From Corallococcus exiguus (lineage in GTDB: Bacteria > Myxococcota > Myxococcia > Myxococcales > Myxococcaceae): 64,000 bases of DNA. Positions within the stretch are counted from its first letter, which is position 1; every line of letters begins with the position of its first letter. The stretch spans positions 349,827-413,826 of the forward strand of contig NZ_JAAAPK010000002.1 in NCBI RefSeq assembly GCF_009909105.1, in the 5' to 3' direction. Under the pieces are notes generated by a model, which was not told where the DNA came from, made no database searches, and saw only the letters and a program-made list of their open reading frames with translations. This document shows positions 1 to 9,593 of the stretch, in pieces. Both the position numbers and the translations under genes were made by a program.

Positions 1-1496
1 TTGCAAGTCACCGGCGTGCCCGCGCACCCGCCCGCTCCGTTGCACGTCTCATCCACCGTGCACGCATCCGCGTCATCACACGAGGCACCGGCTTCCTTGT
101 ACGAATAGGAGCACGTCCCGTCGCTGCACGCCCCCGCCGCCGCGTAGCACTGCCCCGGAGGACTGCCGCACTGGGTGGCGCTTCCCGCGCACACGCCCGC
201 GCCGTTGCATACGTCCGTCCCGGTGCACGCATCCCCGTCGTCGCAGGTGGCCCCAGCCGCCTTCAGCGCGTAGCTGCACACGCCATTGCTGCACGTCCCC
301 GCCGCCTCGTAGCAGGCCCCCGGAGCGCTGTTGCACGTCACCCCAGCGCACGCGTCGTACCCGTAGACCTCCGCCGTCTTCAGGCTCGCGCCGGTGGCGC
401 CAATACCGCCCACCACCAACACCTTGGCCTGCGTCGCCAGCGAGACCGCCACATGCGAATACCTCGCACCGACCATGGGGCCCGCCGCACTCCACTGCCG
501 GGTGGCCGGGTCGTACACCTCCGAGCTCGCCAGTGCGGCCGTCGCTGCGCTGCCATACATGCCGCCCGTTACCAGCACCTTGCCGGTGCTCAGCAGGGTT
601 GCTGAGTGCAGCTCCCTGGCCGTGCCCAGCGCGTCCGTCGCGCTCCACTGCCCGGTGCTCGGGTCGTATTCCTCCGCTGTCGCCAGCAGCCCGCTGCTGT
701 TGCGGCCACCCACCACCAGCACCTTGCCCGAAGGCAGCCGCGTCGCCGTGTGGTTGTAGCGCGCCGCCGCCAGGCTTCCCGTCGCAGCCCACGTATTGCT
801 CGTCGGGTCATACACTTCCGCCGTCGCCAGGCTCGCGCCCCCGACGCCGCCCGCCACCAGCACCTGCCCGGTCGTCAGCAGCGTCGCCGTATGGTCGCGC
901 CGCGCCACTCCCAGACTCGGGCCGACACTCCAGGTTCCCGCCACTGGCTCATACACATCCACATTGAACTTGGGGCCGCCGGAGTTGCCACCGCCCGCCA
1001 CCAGCACCTTGCCCGAAGGCAACGGCGTCGCCGTCAGGGAGGCCCGTGCCACGCCCGAGGCAAAGCTCCCCGCGGAGGCCCAGGTATTGGTGTCAGGGGA
1101 ATACACCGCCGCGGAAGCCAGACGGCCCGTCGCGTTCTCTCCGCCAACCACGAGCACCTTGCCCGAAGGCAGCAGCGCCGCGGTGTGGATCTGCCGGGGC
1201 TCCGGCATGGAGGCGGCCGCTGTCCACGCGCCAGTCACGGGGTCGAAGAGGGTGGAGGAGGACAGATACCCGCTGGCGTTGTAGCCGCCCGTCACCAGCA
1301 CCTTGCCGGAAGGCAGCACCACGCCCGCGTGGTACTTGCGGGCCTCCGCCATGGGCGCGGTCTCGGTCCACCCCTCCACCACCAACGGCGAAGCGCTTTG
1401 GGCCAGCGGCTTCTCTTCCGGTGGCTTGCTGCTACAGCCTGCTGCGACAAAGACCAGTCCCAGCAGCAGGACCCTGCTGGCTCTCATCACGTCCAT
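1..1496 (-). CDS. Kelch-repeat (beta-propeller) lipoprotein with C-terminal Cys-rich EGF-like repeats; 3' end runs off the window
   Basis: Minus-strand frame translates to MDVMRASRVLLLGLVFVAAGCSS (signal peptide + lipobox), then repeated Kelch-like units (RYNHTATRLPSGKVLVVGG...EEYDP..G.W), then CxxGxC / CDDGDACT Cys-rich repeats near coordinate 1. Start ATG mapped to 1496..1494 by codon counting. The listed + strand ORFs 394..759 and 796..1284 are wrong-frame shadows. Confidence 0.6.
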   Translation of the reverse strand, partial: MDVMRASRVLLLGLVFVAAGCSSKPPEEKPLAQSASPLVVEGWTETAPMAEARKYHAGVVLPSGKVLVTGGYNASGYLSSSTLFDPVTGAWTAAASMPEPRQIHTAALLPSGKVLVVGGENATGRLASAAVYSPDTNTWASAGSFASGVARASLTATPLPSGKVLVAGGGNSGGPKFNVDVYEPVAGTWSVGPSLGVARRDHTATLLTTGQVLVAGGVGGASLATAEVYDPTSNTWAATGSLAAARYNHTATRLPSGKVLVVGGRNSSGLLATAEEYDPSTGQWSATDALGTARELHSATLLSTGKVLVTGGMYGSAATAALASSEVYDPATRQWSAAGPMVGARYSHVAVSLATQAKVLVVGGIGATGASLKTAEVYGYDACAGVTCNSAPGACYEAAGTCSNGVCSYALKAAGATCDDGDACTGTDVCNGAGVCAGSATQCGSPPGQCYAAAGACSDGTCSYSYKEAGASCDDADACTVDETCNGAGGCAGTPVTC

Positions 1497-1636
1497 GACA
1501 ACTCCAGGGAATGGAGGCGCTCAGAGGGGGCCTCCATGAACTTTGGTGTAGCCAGCCAGCATGGCCGTCCCGCTCTGAAACACAAACATTTTGGCGACTG
1601 GTCAACAGTTCATTTGGGTTCATACGTCGGCCCCTT

Positions 1637-2809
1637 TCATGGTCGATGCCTCCACCCGAGGTGGCCGGGTGCCAGGGGACTCATTCGCGCCGAGTTCGGC
1701 GTGTCCAAAGGGACACCACGCAGGCCGATGCTCCAGCGGAAGGCCCGATTCCTCTCCAGGAGGAGGTAGAGGCCCAGGGGCCCCATCAGCCCTCCGAACA
1801 CGCCCAGCGCCAGGTGCAGCGCGAGCGGCGCTCCTGGCAGCACCTTTCCCAAAGCCAGCCTCACTCCGGACACGAAATAGATGTGGAAGAGGTAGAGCGG
1901 CATGCTGATCGAGCCCAGGTAGACAATCCACCTCGCCAACCCCTTCCACGTCGCACCCAGGCTCCGGGCAACACCCAGGAGGAAGAAGGCCAGGGTGAAT
2001 TGCAGGCAGAAGCCCAGCGGCCCCGTGATCAGGCGCGGATCCAGATGCCCCTCCGCGAGCCCCGAGACATGGAAAGAGACCAGCAGCCCCAGGAACCCCG
2101 AGGGCACCAGTCCCTGGAGCGCCAGAGGCAACTGGGACAGCCGGGTGCGCGCCAGCGCCAGCCAGGGGGACAGGCTCATTCCCAGACCGAAGAGGCAGTT
2201 CCAGAAGAGGATGAAGCGGAGGTATCTCATCCCAATGTCAGACATCGGAGATTCCAGGAGCTCGACAGCGGCATACGACAGCCAGGACAGTGCCAGGTAG
2301 CTCAGTCCGTTCCAATTGTACCGGGCGGGCACGATGCGCTGATACACCCACGCCAGACAGGTACAGCCCACCAGGGCGTGAATGAACCAGAAGATGGCGT
2401 ATGGAGGGAACCAGGCGGCAGGGAACCGGCCCAGCAGCGCCAGCCATCCGCCAGGTGTTCGCGGGCGCGCCTGGGTGAGCTCATGGGCAAAGAGGAAGAC
2501 GGGCGCCCACACCAACATCGGGACGACGAGCTTGCGCAGCTTCTTGTGCGCGAACTCCCGGAAGGACCTGTCCGGCGCGCCGAAGAGTGACACCGCCACG
2601 CCCGAACCGATGATCATCACCGCCATGTTGAAGCTGTGGATGAACTCCGAGGCGAACCGGAGCTCCGCTCGCTCCGGGGAGAAGAGCTTGCGCACCCCCT
2701 GGAAGGGCTCCACGCCGATCACATGGACCAGCACCACGAGCATCAGGCTCATGCCGCGGACGAAGAACAGTTCCTCGGAGAGTGTCTTGCGAATCACCGG
2801 CTTGCGCAT
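1637..2809 (-). CDS. Acyltransferase family 3 (OafA/NolL-like) integral membrane protein
   Basis: 390-aa polytopic hydrophobic protein. The N-terminal EELFFVRGMSLMLVVLVH and overall architecture are typical of acyltransferase_3. True start may be an internal Met. Confidence 0.6.
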   Translation of the reverse strand: MRKPVIRKTLSEELFFVRGMSLMLVVLVHVIGVEPFQGVRKLFSPERAELRFASEFIHSFNMAVMIIGSGVAVSLFGAPDRSFREFAHKKLRKLVVPMLVWAPVFLFAHELTQARPRTPGGWLALLGRFPAAWFPPYAIFWFIHALVGCTCLAWVYQRIVPARYNWNGLSYLALSWLSYAAVELLESPMSDIGMRYLRFILFWNCLFGLGMSLSPWLALARTRLSQLPLALQGLVPSGFLGLLVSFHVSGLAEGHLDPRLITGPLGFCLQFTLAFFLLGVARSLGATWKGLARWIVYLGSISMPLYLFHIYFVSGVRLALGKVLPGAPLALHLALGVFGGLMGPLGLYLLLERNRAFRWSIGLRGVPLDTPNSARMSPLAPGHLGWRHRP

Positions 2810-3092
2810 TCACATGTGTCCCACGTGCTTCCTGCTGCCTGTTCCTCCATGCAGTTATCGTGCTCCATGCTTCACGGCCTCACCGCCGGCTGATTGTCCC
2901 TGCTGTCTCATGCTGGGACGTCAGGCTGTCTCGGATTGAGAGTCCATCGAGGATGGCTCGCTCCCTCAAGAGGGTCGCCCGTCTTGGCTGTCCAGGGTCG
3001 AAATGAGGGGCCGTCCCCGAAACGGACGAGCAGGACTCGAAGGCCCGGATTGAGCTGCCGCTGGCTGGAACGGCAATTGCTCGGTCAGGCTC

Positions 3093-3440
3093 GTGCCTTC
3101 TTTCATGGGTCCCTTCAAGGATGGAGCGAGGGAGCCCGTGAAGATGCGGGTCCTCTTCACCGCCTGGTTTCCGCGCGAGGAGCGACGGTGGCTGGGCGAG
3201 TTCCTCTCACCGGAGCGCTTCGCGTGCGCCTACGTGGGCCTGGAGGAGCCGGTTGACGCGACCCGGAAGCGCCCGCCCGCTCAGAAGACGCACCAGGACA
3301 AGTCGAAGGAGCCGCTGCTGCGGACGCTGAGGCTGCTCGGCAGGATTCTGAAGGCTCAGCTCAGTCCGACCGCGAGGGTAGGGGGGTGCAAGGAATGGCT
3401 CCACTCTCGTGCCCACCTGCCCCGGACCTGGCGGAAATGA
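3093..3440 (+). CDS. Small hypothetical protein (about 100-115 aa)
   Basis: GC3-biased ORF whose stop overlaps the downstream start as ATGA (3437-3440), suggesting translational coupling. No recognisable domain. Confidence 0.3.
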   Translation: MPSFMGPFKDGAREPVKMRVLFTAWFPREERRWLGEFLSPERFACAYVGLEEPVDATRKRPPAQKTHQDKSKEPLLRTLRLLGRILKAQLSPTARVGGCKEWLHSRAHLPRTWRK

Positions 3441-5245
3441 GACTTCTCTGGCCAGGCTCGTGGTTTCCCCCCGTCCAGCCGCTTGGGCCGCGGCGTGATG
3501 ACGACAATCGCCTGCGCTTCGTCGTCCGTGTGGTGGTCATTGCCTCCCTTGCCCTGGCCTTCGCGCGCGGCGTCGTCTTCAAGCGTGTCGAAACAGGTGA
3601 CGAGGGCGTCAATGGCACGATGGCCCTCAACATGTGCCGTTCGCTGGCGCTCGTGGTGCGGCCCTCGTACATCCCTGGTGGCTCGGAGGATTGGGTCGGC
3701 TTCGATCTGCCAGGCATCGGCAACACTCCATTTCACTCGGTGCTCCTCGCACTCGGAGGCTGTCCCCTGGGCGGCCAGCCCGAAGCCATGGGGCTCGTCT
3801 CATTCGCGGCGCTGGTCGCCACCCTCTGCTTCACCTACCGGCTCGTCGCCCTGTGGGAGCGTCGCGCGGCGCTCCTGACGACGCTCCTGCTCGCGCTCTC
3901 TCCTACCGTCCTGTGGCAATTCCGGCTGATGGAGGCCGAGCCTGTCCTCGTGGCGTGGGGCATGGCGGGCACGTACTGGATTGCGCGAGGGGAGCTCACC
4001 GGGAGGAATTGGCACTCCCTGCTGGGTGGCGCATGCCTCGGCCTTGGCTTCTTGACGAAGCTGTGGCTCGTCACCCCCTTCGTGCTGGCTTCGCTAGGGC
4101 TCCTTGCCATCGTGCGTCTCCAGCGGCGTCAATTGGCGCTGGTTCCTGTCGCCTGCCTCACCGTCGGCTTTCTTGCCACGGCGTCCCTCCACCTCGCTTT
4201 CGTTGCTCTGCGGTCACCCACGGATGTCGCCCTCTGGCTCACCCAGGTCTACTTCGCACCCTTCCTGGGGCAGAGCATCGGAGGGTCGAAGCTGGCTGGG
4301 GCGGGCGTGCCCACGGAATGGAGTCATCCCTTCTGGTACTACCCGGCGATCCTCTACCGGGAGCATTTCTTCCTCTGCCCCCTCCTTCTGGCTGCGCTCC
4401 CCGCCTTGAAGCGGCGTGCGCCGACCGCGGCCGGACTCTTCGGCGCCATCGGCTTCGGGCTCGCAAGCCTGGTTCCCCTCTCGCTCCCCGCCATCAAGGA
4501 GTCGCTCTACATCCTGGGCGTCTTGCCATTCCTCTATGGCCTGGCCGGGCTTGGTGCTTCGGCGCTCCTTGCCGGGGAGGGCACCCTCGAACCACGGGGG
4601 GCATCGGGCCGTCGAGCCCTCAGGGTCGCGGGCGTCTTCTCGGCCGCGGCGGTGCTCCTCATCGGGGCGGCTCATGCTCGGGGGCTGAAGCGCGATGACA
4701 TCACGCCTGTCTATGTTGGCGCGCACGCGCTCGGGGTGGGGGGCGCCTGGCTCCTGGCGTATGCGGCGGCTCGCCTCGAGCGCGCGCGAGCGACGGCGCT
4801 CATCGGTGGCCTCTCCGCGCTGGCACTGGCTGGTTTTGGGGCGTACGAGCTCACGGCGCCTCAACCACCGTACAAGGAGATCGCGGAGATCCTTCGCCCC
4901 TATTTGGAACCACTGCCGCCCGGGCATGAGAGCTTCATCTCGCCCCGGTACAAGGTTCTTCAGCTCTACCTGTTTCGCAATGGTCGCTACTGGCAGTCCT
5001 TCTACACGGAGCTCCGGCCGGAGACGCTCGTGGCGAGCATCGCGTCCGGCGAGTACTGCGCCTTCGTCTTCGGCCCGGAGGAGCGTGAAAACCCTCGGCT
5101 CGTGCAGGTGGAGCGGGACATCGCGCTGCAGGCCCTGGACTTGAGCGCGGAGTTGCCGGAGAGCGTACGTGGGGGGTTCCGCGTCTTCGTGAACCGAGCA
5201 TGCGTGCAGGAGGGCGCGAAGGGATTACGCCACGCGGAGGGATGA
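3437..5245 (+). CDS. GT39/ArnT-like (PMT family) membrane glycosyltransferase
   Basis: Multi-TM N-terminal domain with a first-loop DE motif (RVETGDEGVNG) followed by a soluble C-terminal domain. Start chosen at the in-frame Met (MRLLWPG) that is coupled to the upstream ORF. The ORF table starts at 3386. Confidence 0.5.
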   Translation: MRLLWPGSWFPPVQPLGPRRDDDNRLRFVVRVVVIASLALAFARGVVFKRVETGDEGVNGTMALNMCRSLALVVRPSYIPGGSEDWVGFDLPGIGNTPFHSVLLALGGCPLGGQPEAMGLVSFAALVATLCFTYRLVALWERRAALLTTLLLALSPTVLWQFRLMEAEPVLVAWGMAGTYWIARGELTGRNWHSLLGGACLGLGFLTKLWLVTPFVLASLGLLAIVRLQRRQLALVPVACLTVGFLATASLHLAFVALRSPTDVALWLTQVYFAPFLGQSIGGSKLAGAGVPTEWSHPFWYYPAILYREHFFLCPLLLAALPALKRRAPTAAGLFGAIGFGLASLVPLSLPAIKESLYILGVLPFLYGLAGLGASALLAGEGTLEPRGASGRRALRVAGVFSAAAVLLIGAAHARGLKRDDITPVYVGAHALGVGGAWLLAYAAARLERARATALIGGLSALALAGFGAYELTAPQPPYKEIAEILRPYLEPLPPGHESFISPRYKVLQLYLFRNGRYWQSFYTELRPETLVASIASGEYCAFVFGPEERENPRLVQVERDIALQALDLSAELPESVRGGFRVFVNRACVQEGAKGLRHAEG

Positions 5246-5525
5246 CGCCCGCATTCAACGCCGGCTGTCTTCAACGCGCCTTTCCCACCCACGCCACATG
5301 ACCAGCGATCGCTATAGCTGCTCCATGACTGCTCCTGTTGAGTCATGACATGACGTCGAAGCACCACGGCCCGTTCTGGAAAGTCCAGAGCGGGCCGCGG
5401 TAGGTCAAGGGCTGGAAGGTGGCGGCGTGGTTGGCGCTCTGTCCAGCGTCGTCAACGTTCCGGCCGGACCTTCAGTCCGCGCGGGCCTCCGCGCTGCTCA
5501 GGCCCCGGTGCTTCACCCTGCTACA

Positions 5526-5616
5526 GGTGTTCGCCTTGCTCCGGAATTGGTGTTCGGCTTGTCCCGGAGCCGGTGTTCGGCTTGCTCCGGAATCGGTGAT
5601 CGGGATCGTCCGGAGC
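5526..5616. repeat. Intergenic tandem repeat, 4 units of ~22-24 bp (GGTGTTCGGCTTGCTCCGGAAT-like)
   Basis: Seen directly: ggtgttcgccttgctccggaat / tggtgttcggcttgtcccggagcc / ggtgttcggcttgctccggaat / cggtgatcgggatcgtccggagc. Confidence 0.5.
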
Positions 5617-5823
5617 ACGCATCCACCCTGAAGGGATGACGTTGAACCCAGAGGTGTCGCGGGCGCGTGACAGGTGGGCAGAGCCAGGGCGCTTCCTGGG
5701 GCAGGGAGAATTTCATGCGAGGGTGGCCCGGATGCGCGTTAGCCTGGAGTTCGCTTTACCAGCCACATCCCGCGCAACCATCGTTGAGATCCCTGCGCCT
5801 GCTCGGCGCGGAGAGGGAGAACC

Positions 5824-6888
5824 ATGCAGCGCTTTGTCCTCTTGGGTCTTGCACTGCTCACGGCCTGTGCAACGCCTGTCCATCAGGCCGCATCGCCTGT
5901 CCAGCCCAGCCCGGTCTACGTGTTCGAAGGCGTGGAGGTGTTCGGCTCACGCAAGGTGCCCAAGGGCAAGCTGCTGGAGGTCATTGGGATGCCTGCGCCC
6001 GGCGCGCGCTTCAACCTCGAGAAGGGGGAGTTCACGCCGTACCTCATGGAGAGCAAGCCGCGGCTCCTGGCGGCCTACAAGTTCGCGTTCTGCAGGTACT
6101 CGATGGTGGCCTACCCGCCGACGCGGACGTTCCGGGTGACGGTGGATCTGGTCGATGCCGGAGATGAGTGGCGCATGCCCTTTTCACCCGCGCCGCAGGG
6201 CGATATCCCGGAGCCGGAGGGCCTCCTCACGGCCTGGGATGAATACCAGACGGCCTACTGGAAGCTGAGCAGGGAAGGGGCTGTCCCCGAGTACGGCAAG
6301 AGCAAGTGCCATGCCCTCAACTGCCATGGAGGATTCGACCACCCCGAGCTCGCGCCGCTGGAGCAGCGCTTCATGGATGGTGTTCCCCGCAATCTCGACA
6401 CGCTGGTGCGGGTGCTGCGTGAGGATCGCAACGACTCCAAGCGAATGGCCACGGTCATGCTCCTGCCCTACATCAACTCACGCGAGCAACTGGTGAAGCT
6501 CGTTCTCCCGTCGGTGCGCGACCCCTACGAGGGTGTGCGCAACGAGGCGCTGCGCCTGCTGGGAACGATGCAGGAGGGACAGCCGCGGGTCATCATCCCG
6601 CTGGAGCCCGTGCTCGAAGCGCTCTGGTACCCGCTCGAGACCGACCGCAACAAGGCAGCCTGGGCGCTCGTGCACATCGTGGAAACCGAAGGCGCCGCCC
6701 AACAGCGGCAGATTCTCGACAAGGCGGGCGCGGTGCTGGTGGAGATGGCTGGAATGCAGCAGAAGACCGATGCCGAGCCTGCTCGCAAGGTGCTCGCCAT
6801 CCTGGCGGGGCGGGACCTGGGTGACGAGCCGGCGGCCTGGCACCGTTGGGTCGAGCAGACGCTCGGCTCGAACAGTGCCCATCGGTGA
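5824..6888 (+). CDS. Lipoprotein with HEAT/ARM-like C-terminal repeats
   Basis: Signal peptide + lipobox (LLGLALLTACATP). C-terminal half is helical-repeat-like. GGAGA RBS-like sequence upstream. Confidence 0.5.
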   Translation: MQRFVLLGLALLTACATPVHQAASPVQPSPVYVFEGVEVFGSRKVPKGKLLEVIGMPAPGARFNLEKGEFTPYLMESKPRLLAAYKFAFCRYSMVAYPPTRTFRVTVDLVDAGDEWRMPFSPAPQGDIPEPEGLLTAWDEYQTAYWKLSREGAVPEYGKSKCHALNCHGGFDHPELAPLEQRFMDGVPRNLDTLVRVLREDRNDSKRMATVMLLPYINSREQLVKLVLPSVRDPYEGVRNEALRLLGTMQEGQPRVIIPLEPVLEALWYPLETDRNKAAWALVHIVETEGAAQQRQILDKAGAVLVEMAGMQQKTDAEPARKVLAILAGRDLGDEPAAWHRWVEQTLGSNSAHR

Positions 6889-6939
6889 CGAAGATGCTGC
6901 GAAGGCGGCAGTACGGGGGGCGTAACCCCTGGAACGCAT

Positions 6940-7008
6940 TGGCGGTAGGGCACGGGAATCGAACTCGCCAGGGACTGCTCTCGCAGCCCCTCACCGGTTT
7001 TGAAGCCC
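6940..7008 (-). repeat. Partial duplicate of the 3' half of tRNA-Sec (att-like direct repeat, island boundary)
   Basis: 57 nt (6940..6996) are identical to the 3' end of the intact tRNA at 11867..11923 (tggcggtagggcacgggaatcgaactcgccagggactgctctcgcagcccctca). Similarity decays over the next ~12 nt. This copy lacks the 5' acceptor strand. Confidence 0.65.
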
Positions 7009-7153
7009 CGCCACCCCGATCCGCGAGGTGCCCGGGGGGATTGAGGGTCGGCCGGTTTCCCTCTGGCGCGGGGTGGACCGCGAGTCCGTAAAGGTCCACC
7101 CGCGTCCGTTCATCTTGGGTACAGCTTGGGTACGCGGGTAGGGACGGCAGGGG

Positions 7154-7762
7154 TCAGGGGGCATTGGCTGCACCGGGGCCGGTCACGTCCGTGAACTTCG
7201 TGCCGGTGATGACCGCGCGCTCCAGGGCCTCCTTGATCTCCTCGGACACGATCAAGGCCACGGTCCAGCCCCAGGTGCGGAACACCTTGGCGCCTTCCAC
7301 CTTCGCCGGGTCGATGCGCATCCCGGACACGGAGGAGTACGTACCCACCTTTTCGGGCATCCCGTCCTCCGGGGTCCAGTAACGCACCTCCTCGCACGCT
7401 GCATCGTCGATGCACTTCACCAGCCGGGTGGCGTTGAGGATGAAGTGCTGAGCGGGCTGGGAGTCGATCTCCACCGGGATGAGCTGCACGTCGTCGGGTG
7501 CCAGCTCGGTGAAGAAGGAGGCCACCCGGGCGTGGACGACGGGGATGCTGAATGCCGCGTGGGAATAGTCGAGCGGTTTGCCGGAGATCTTGATGGGGAT
7601 CCTGATGCGCTCGTCCGAGTGAGCCCGCTGCCCGATCCTGAACTGCCACGGGTCATCGAGCTTGCGCCCTTCCTGATCGAGAGGATGCCCCAGCTCCCAC
7701 CGGCCGGAGAGGTACACATCATCGCTCAACTTGAAGAACCGCGTCGGCATGAAGTCGTCCAT
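7154..7762 (-). CDS. Putative polymorphic-toxin immunity protein (second, possibly orphan; resembles DUF1629/Imm11-like proteins)
   Basis: 202-aa protein immediately downstream of the toxin and the first immunity gene in the same orientation. Family assignment is from memory and uncertain. Confidence 0.4.
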   Translation of the reverse strand: MDDFMPTRFFKLSDDVYLSGRWELGHPLDQEGRKLDDPWQFRIGQRAHSDERIRIPIKISGKPLDYSHAAFSIPVVHARVASFFTELAPDDVQLIPVEIDSQPAQHFILNATRLVKCIDDAACEEVRYWTPEDGMPEKVGTYSSVSGMRIDPAKVEGAKVFRTWGWTVALIVSEEIKEALERAVITGTKFTDVTGPGAANAP

Positions 7763-7772
7763 CCGAGGCGGG

Positions 7773-8126
7773 CTACTCTGGATCGAGCGCCCAGGTTCCT
7801 TCTTCCCAGCGCTTCAATGCCTGCCCGGCTTCAAAGGGAACGAGCCCCTTGCCCTTGGCGGCTTCCTCCAGAACCGCCTTCGCTTCGGCCGTCCGGTAGC
7901 GGAGCAGATGGGCGGCGGCCATGACACGCACATCCATGCGCTCATGCTTGAGCAGGACGAGGAGGGCATCACGTCCTGCGTTTCCATGGGCCAGGAGCGT
8001 ATCGACGGCGGCACCGTACTTCCTGGCGTGCTTGTTCCCGGTCTTGGCATCTCCCCGGAAGATGGCCTCGGTCTGTGCCGCCACGTTCAGGGCGAACTGC
8101 TCGACCAATCTCTCCAACGTCATCAC
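7773..8126 (-). CDS. DUF2019-like small helical immunity protein
   Basis: 117 aa. The MTLERLVEQFALNVAAQTEAIFRGDAKTGNKHARKY...VRVMAAAHLL...AEAKAVLEEAAKG...FEAGQALKRWEEGTW pattern matches the DUF2019 family as I recall it. Its start overlaps the toxin stop by 4 nt (ATGA). Confidence 0.5.
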   Translation of the reverse strand: MMTLERLVEQFALNVAAQTEAIFRGDAKTGNKHARKYGAAVDTLLAHGNAGRDALLVLLKHERMDVRVMAAAHLLRYRTAEAKAVLEEAAKGKGLVPFEAGQALKRWEEGTWALDPE

Positions 8127-9532
8127 CAGACCCCCTTCGCCACGTTCTCCATGGCCAGCAGCCCGAAGTCACGCTGGGCCTCGTAGGACTGCGTGCTCAA
8201 CCATTGCCTCACGGTCAAGGTGCTGGAGCCCGTGATACTACGCCGGATCGACGAGTAGAGCGCGCTGACGTCGGTGTGCAGGATCTTGTCCAGTGGGATG
8301 AGGTTCTCGGTGTTGTGGAGGGCCTGGGGGCCGAAGCGCTTCACGTTGCCCGGGGTTTGCTCGACGATGTGGTGCCACTCCTTGTTCTTGCCCGCCGGGC
8401 CCATGGCCTTCTTGAAACCACTGAACGAGCTCCAGGCCCTGTAGCCCAAGGGACGCGCCTTGGCGGAGGCGCTGCCGCCCGTGGCTTTGGCCGCCATGGC
8501 CACCGCGCCGGGCGCGAGGGCGATGGTGACGGTCTCGGCGCTCACGGCCACCGTTCCCACGTCCGCGACCGCCGCGAGCCTGATGCCCATTTGCGCTTCA
8601 GCCTGGACCGCCGCCTGCGCGGCGCCTGGGAGCATTGGCACCTTCGACCCCAGCCCCGCCGCCGTGTTCCCAATGGCGGCCGTGGCCAACATGGCGAACG
8701 CGCGCGCCGCGTTGCGGCCCATGACCTTGCCGTAGCGCTCACCCGCCTCGCGGAGTTCGTCAAACGTGGTGGCCCGCTCCGCCTCCTCCACCAGCTGCTT
8801 GAAGCCCAAGATGAGGCTCCAGAACGTATCGACCCCGACGTAGGCAATGAGGGAGGCGGTCATCACGGCGGCCACGCCCTTCGAGAAAGGCTCGGGCACC
8901 GCGAGCAAGATGCAGTACGTGGTCCACGTCCAAAGAACCGCAGCCATCATGGCCTGGGGATCAGCCATCTCTTTGAAGGCGTCCATCATCTCGTCCCGCA
9001 CGACGCCTTGGGCCAAGGCCATGGCCAGGGCGTAACGGCCATCCCCGGTGACAGTAGGGCTCTCCACCAGGAGGCGCAGGCAATCGCCGGGATTGCTCGT
9101 TCGCTCGCACCAGCGCAGGTATGCGCGCGTCAGATCCACCTCTGTCGAGGGGAGATCACCGTCCAGGTGTTCGCCCGGTCCCAGCGGGATGACACGGTGG
9201 CTGCGCGGCTCGTACAGGTATGAACCGCTGCGCGGATCCATCTCGAAAAACCGCCGGGCCGTTTCCTGGGGATGAGTGGACGGACGTACGTTCCGGGCGA
9301 GCGCTTCTACGGCTTCAACGAAGTCGTCTTCGTCCAGCGCCACCGGGGCGGTATCGCCGCTGCGTGGGGTAAGGACGATGGACTCGCCGTGGCCCGTGTG
9401 CAGGCGCACGGACTTCGTGGTGCCGCTGCATCCAGCCAGCATCACGAGCAGTAGGAGAATTGACCATCGTGGCAGCATGCGGAGCCCTCCTGGCGCGGGC
9501 CCCCTTCGCTCGGGAGCGTATCGGCGGCGCAA
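8123..9532 (-). CDS. SitA-like lipoprotein polymorphic toxin with C-terminal WHH/HNH-fold nuclease domain
   Basis: N-terminal signal peptide + lipobox (LLLLVMLAGCSG), a central Ala-rich region, and a C-terminus reading KEWHHIVEQ...HNTENLIPL...H. This is characteristic of the Tox-WHH (HNH superfamily) nuclease. The probable true start is the internal Met (MLPRW, ~9478). Confidence 0.55.
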   Translation of the reverse strand: MRRRYAPERRGPAPGGLRMLPRWSILLLLVMLAGCSGTTKSVRLHTGHGESIVLTPRSGDTAPVALDEDDFVEAVEALARNVRPSTHPQETARRFFEMDPRSGSYLYEPRSHRVIPLGPGEHLDGDLPSTEVDLTRAYLRWCERTSNPGDCLRLLVESPTVTGDGRYALAMALAQGVVRDEMMDAFKEMADPQAMMAAVLWTWTTYCILLAVPEPFSKGVAAVMTASLIAYVGVDTFWSLILGFKQLVEEAERATTFDELREAGERYGKVMGRNAARAFAMLATAAIGNTAAGLGSKVPMLPGAAQAAVQAEAQMGIRLAAVADVGTVAVSAETVTIALAPGAVAMAAKATGGSASAKARPLGYRAWSSFSGFKKAMGPAGKNKEWHHIVEQTPGNVKRFGPQALHNTENLIPLDKILHTDVSALYSSIRRSITGSSTLTVRQWLSTQSYEAQRDFGLLAMENVAKGVW

Positions 9533-9593
9533 GGCCTAGTAATACCAGATAGAGCTGACAGATGCTCCGGGCTGACGCCGTCTGTGGTGGAGC

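Noticed and set aside
606-1769. 387-aa + ORF and neighbours 394..759, 796..1284
   Set aside because: Wrong-strand or wrong-frame shadows of the Kelch lipoprotein gene. The apparent PPTTSTLPEGS periodicity is the Kelch repeat read in another frame.
5419-5639. Two overlapping 70-aa + ORFs
   Set aside because: They lie over the intergenic tandem repeat, with no RBS and a repetitive translation. Probably non-coding.
6942-7010. Possibility that the tRNA-like sequence is a + strand tRNA-Gln (TTG in a TTTTGAA loop)
   Set aside because: No CCA-proximal acceptor pairing or T-loop exists in + orientation. The minus orientation gives a canonical TTCGATT T-loop, U33, UCA anticodon and a -GCCA 3' end.
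8075-9223. 382-aa + ORF
   Set aside because: Antisense to the SitA-like toxin gene, with no motifs.
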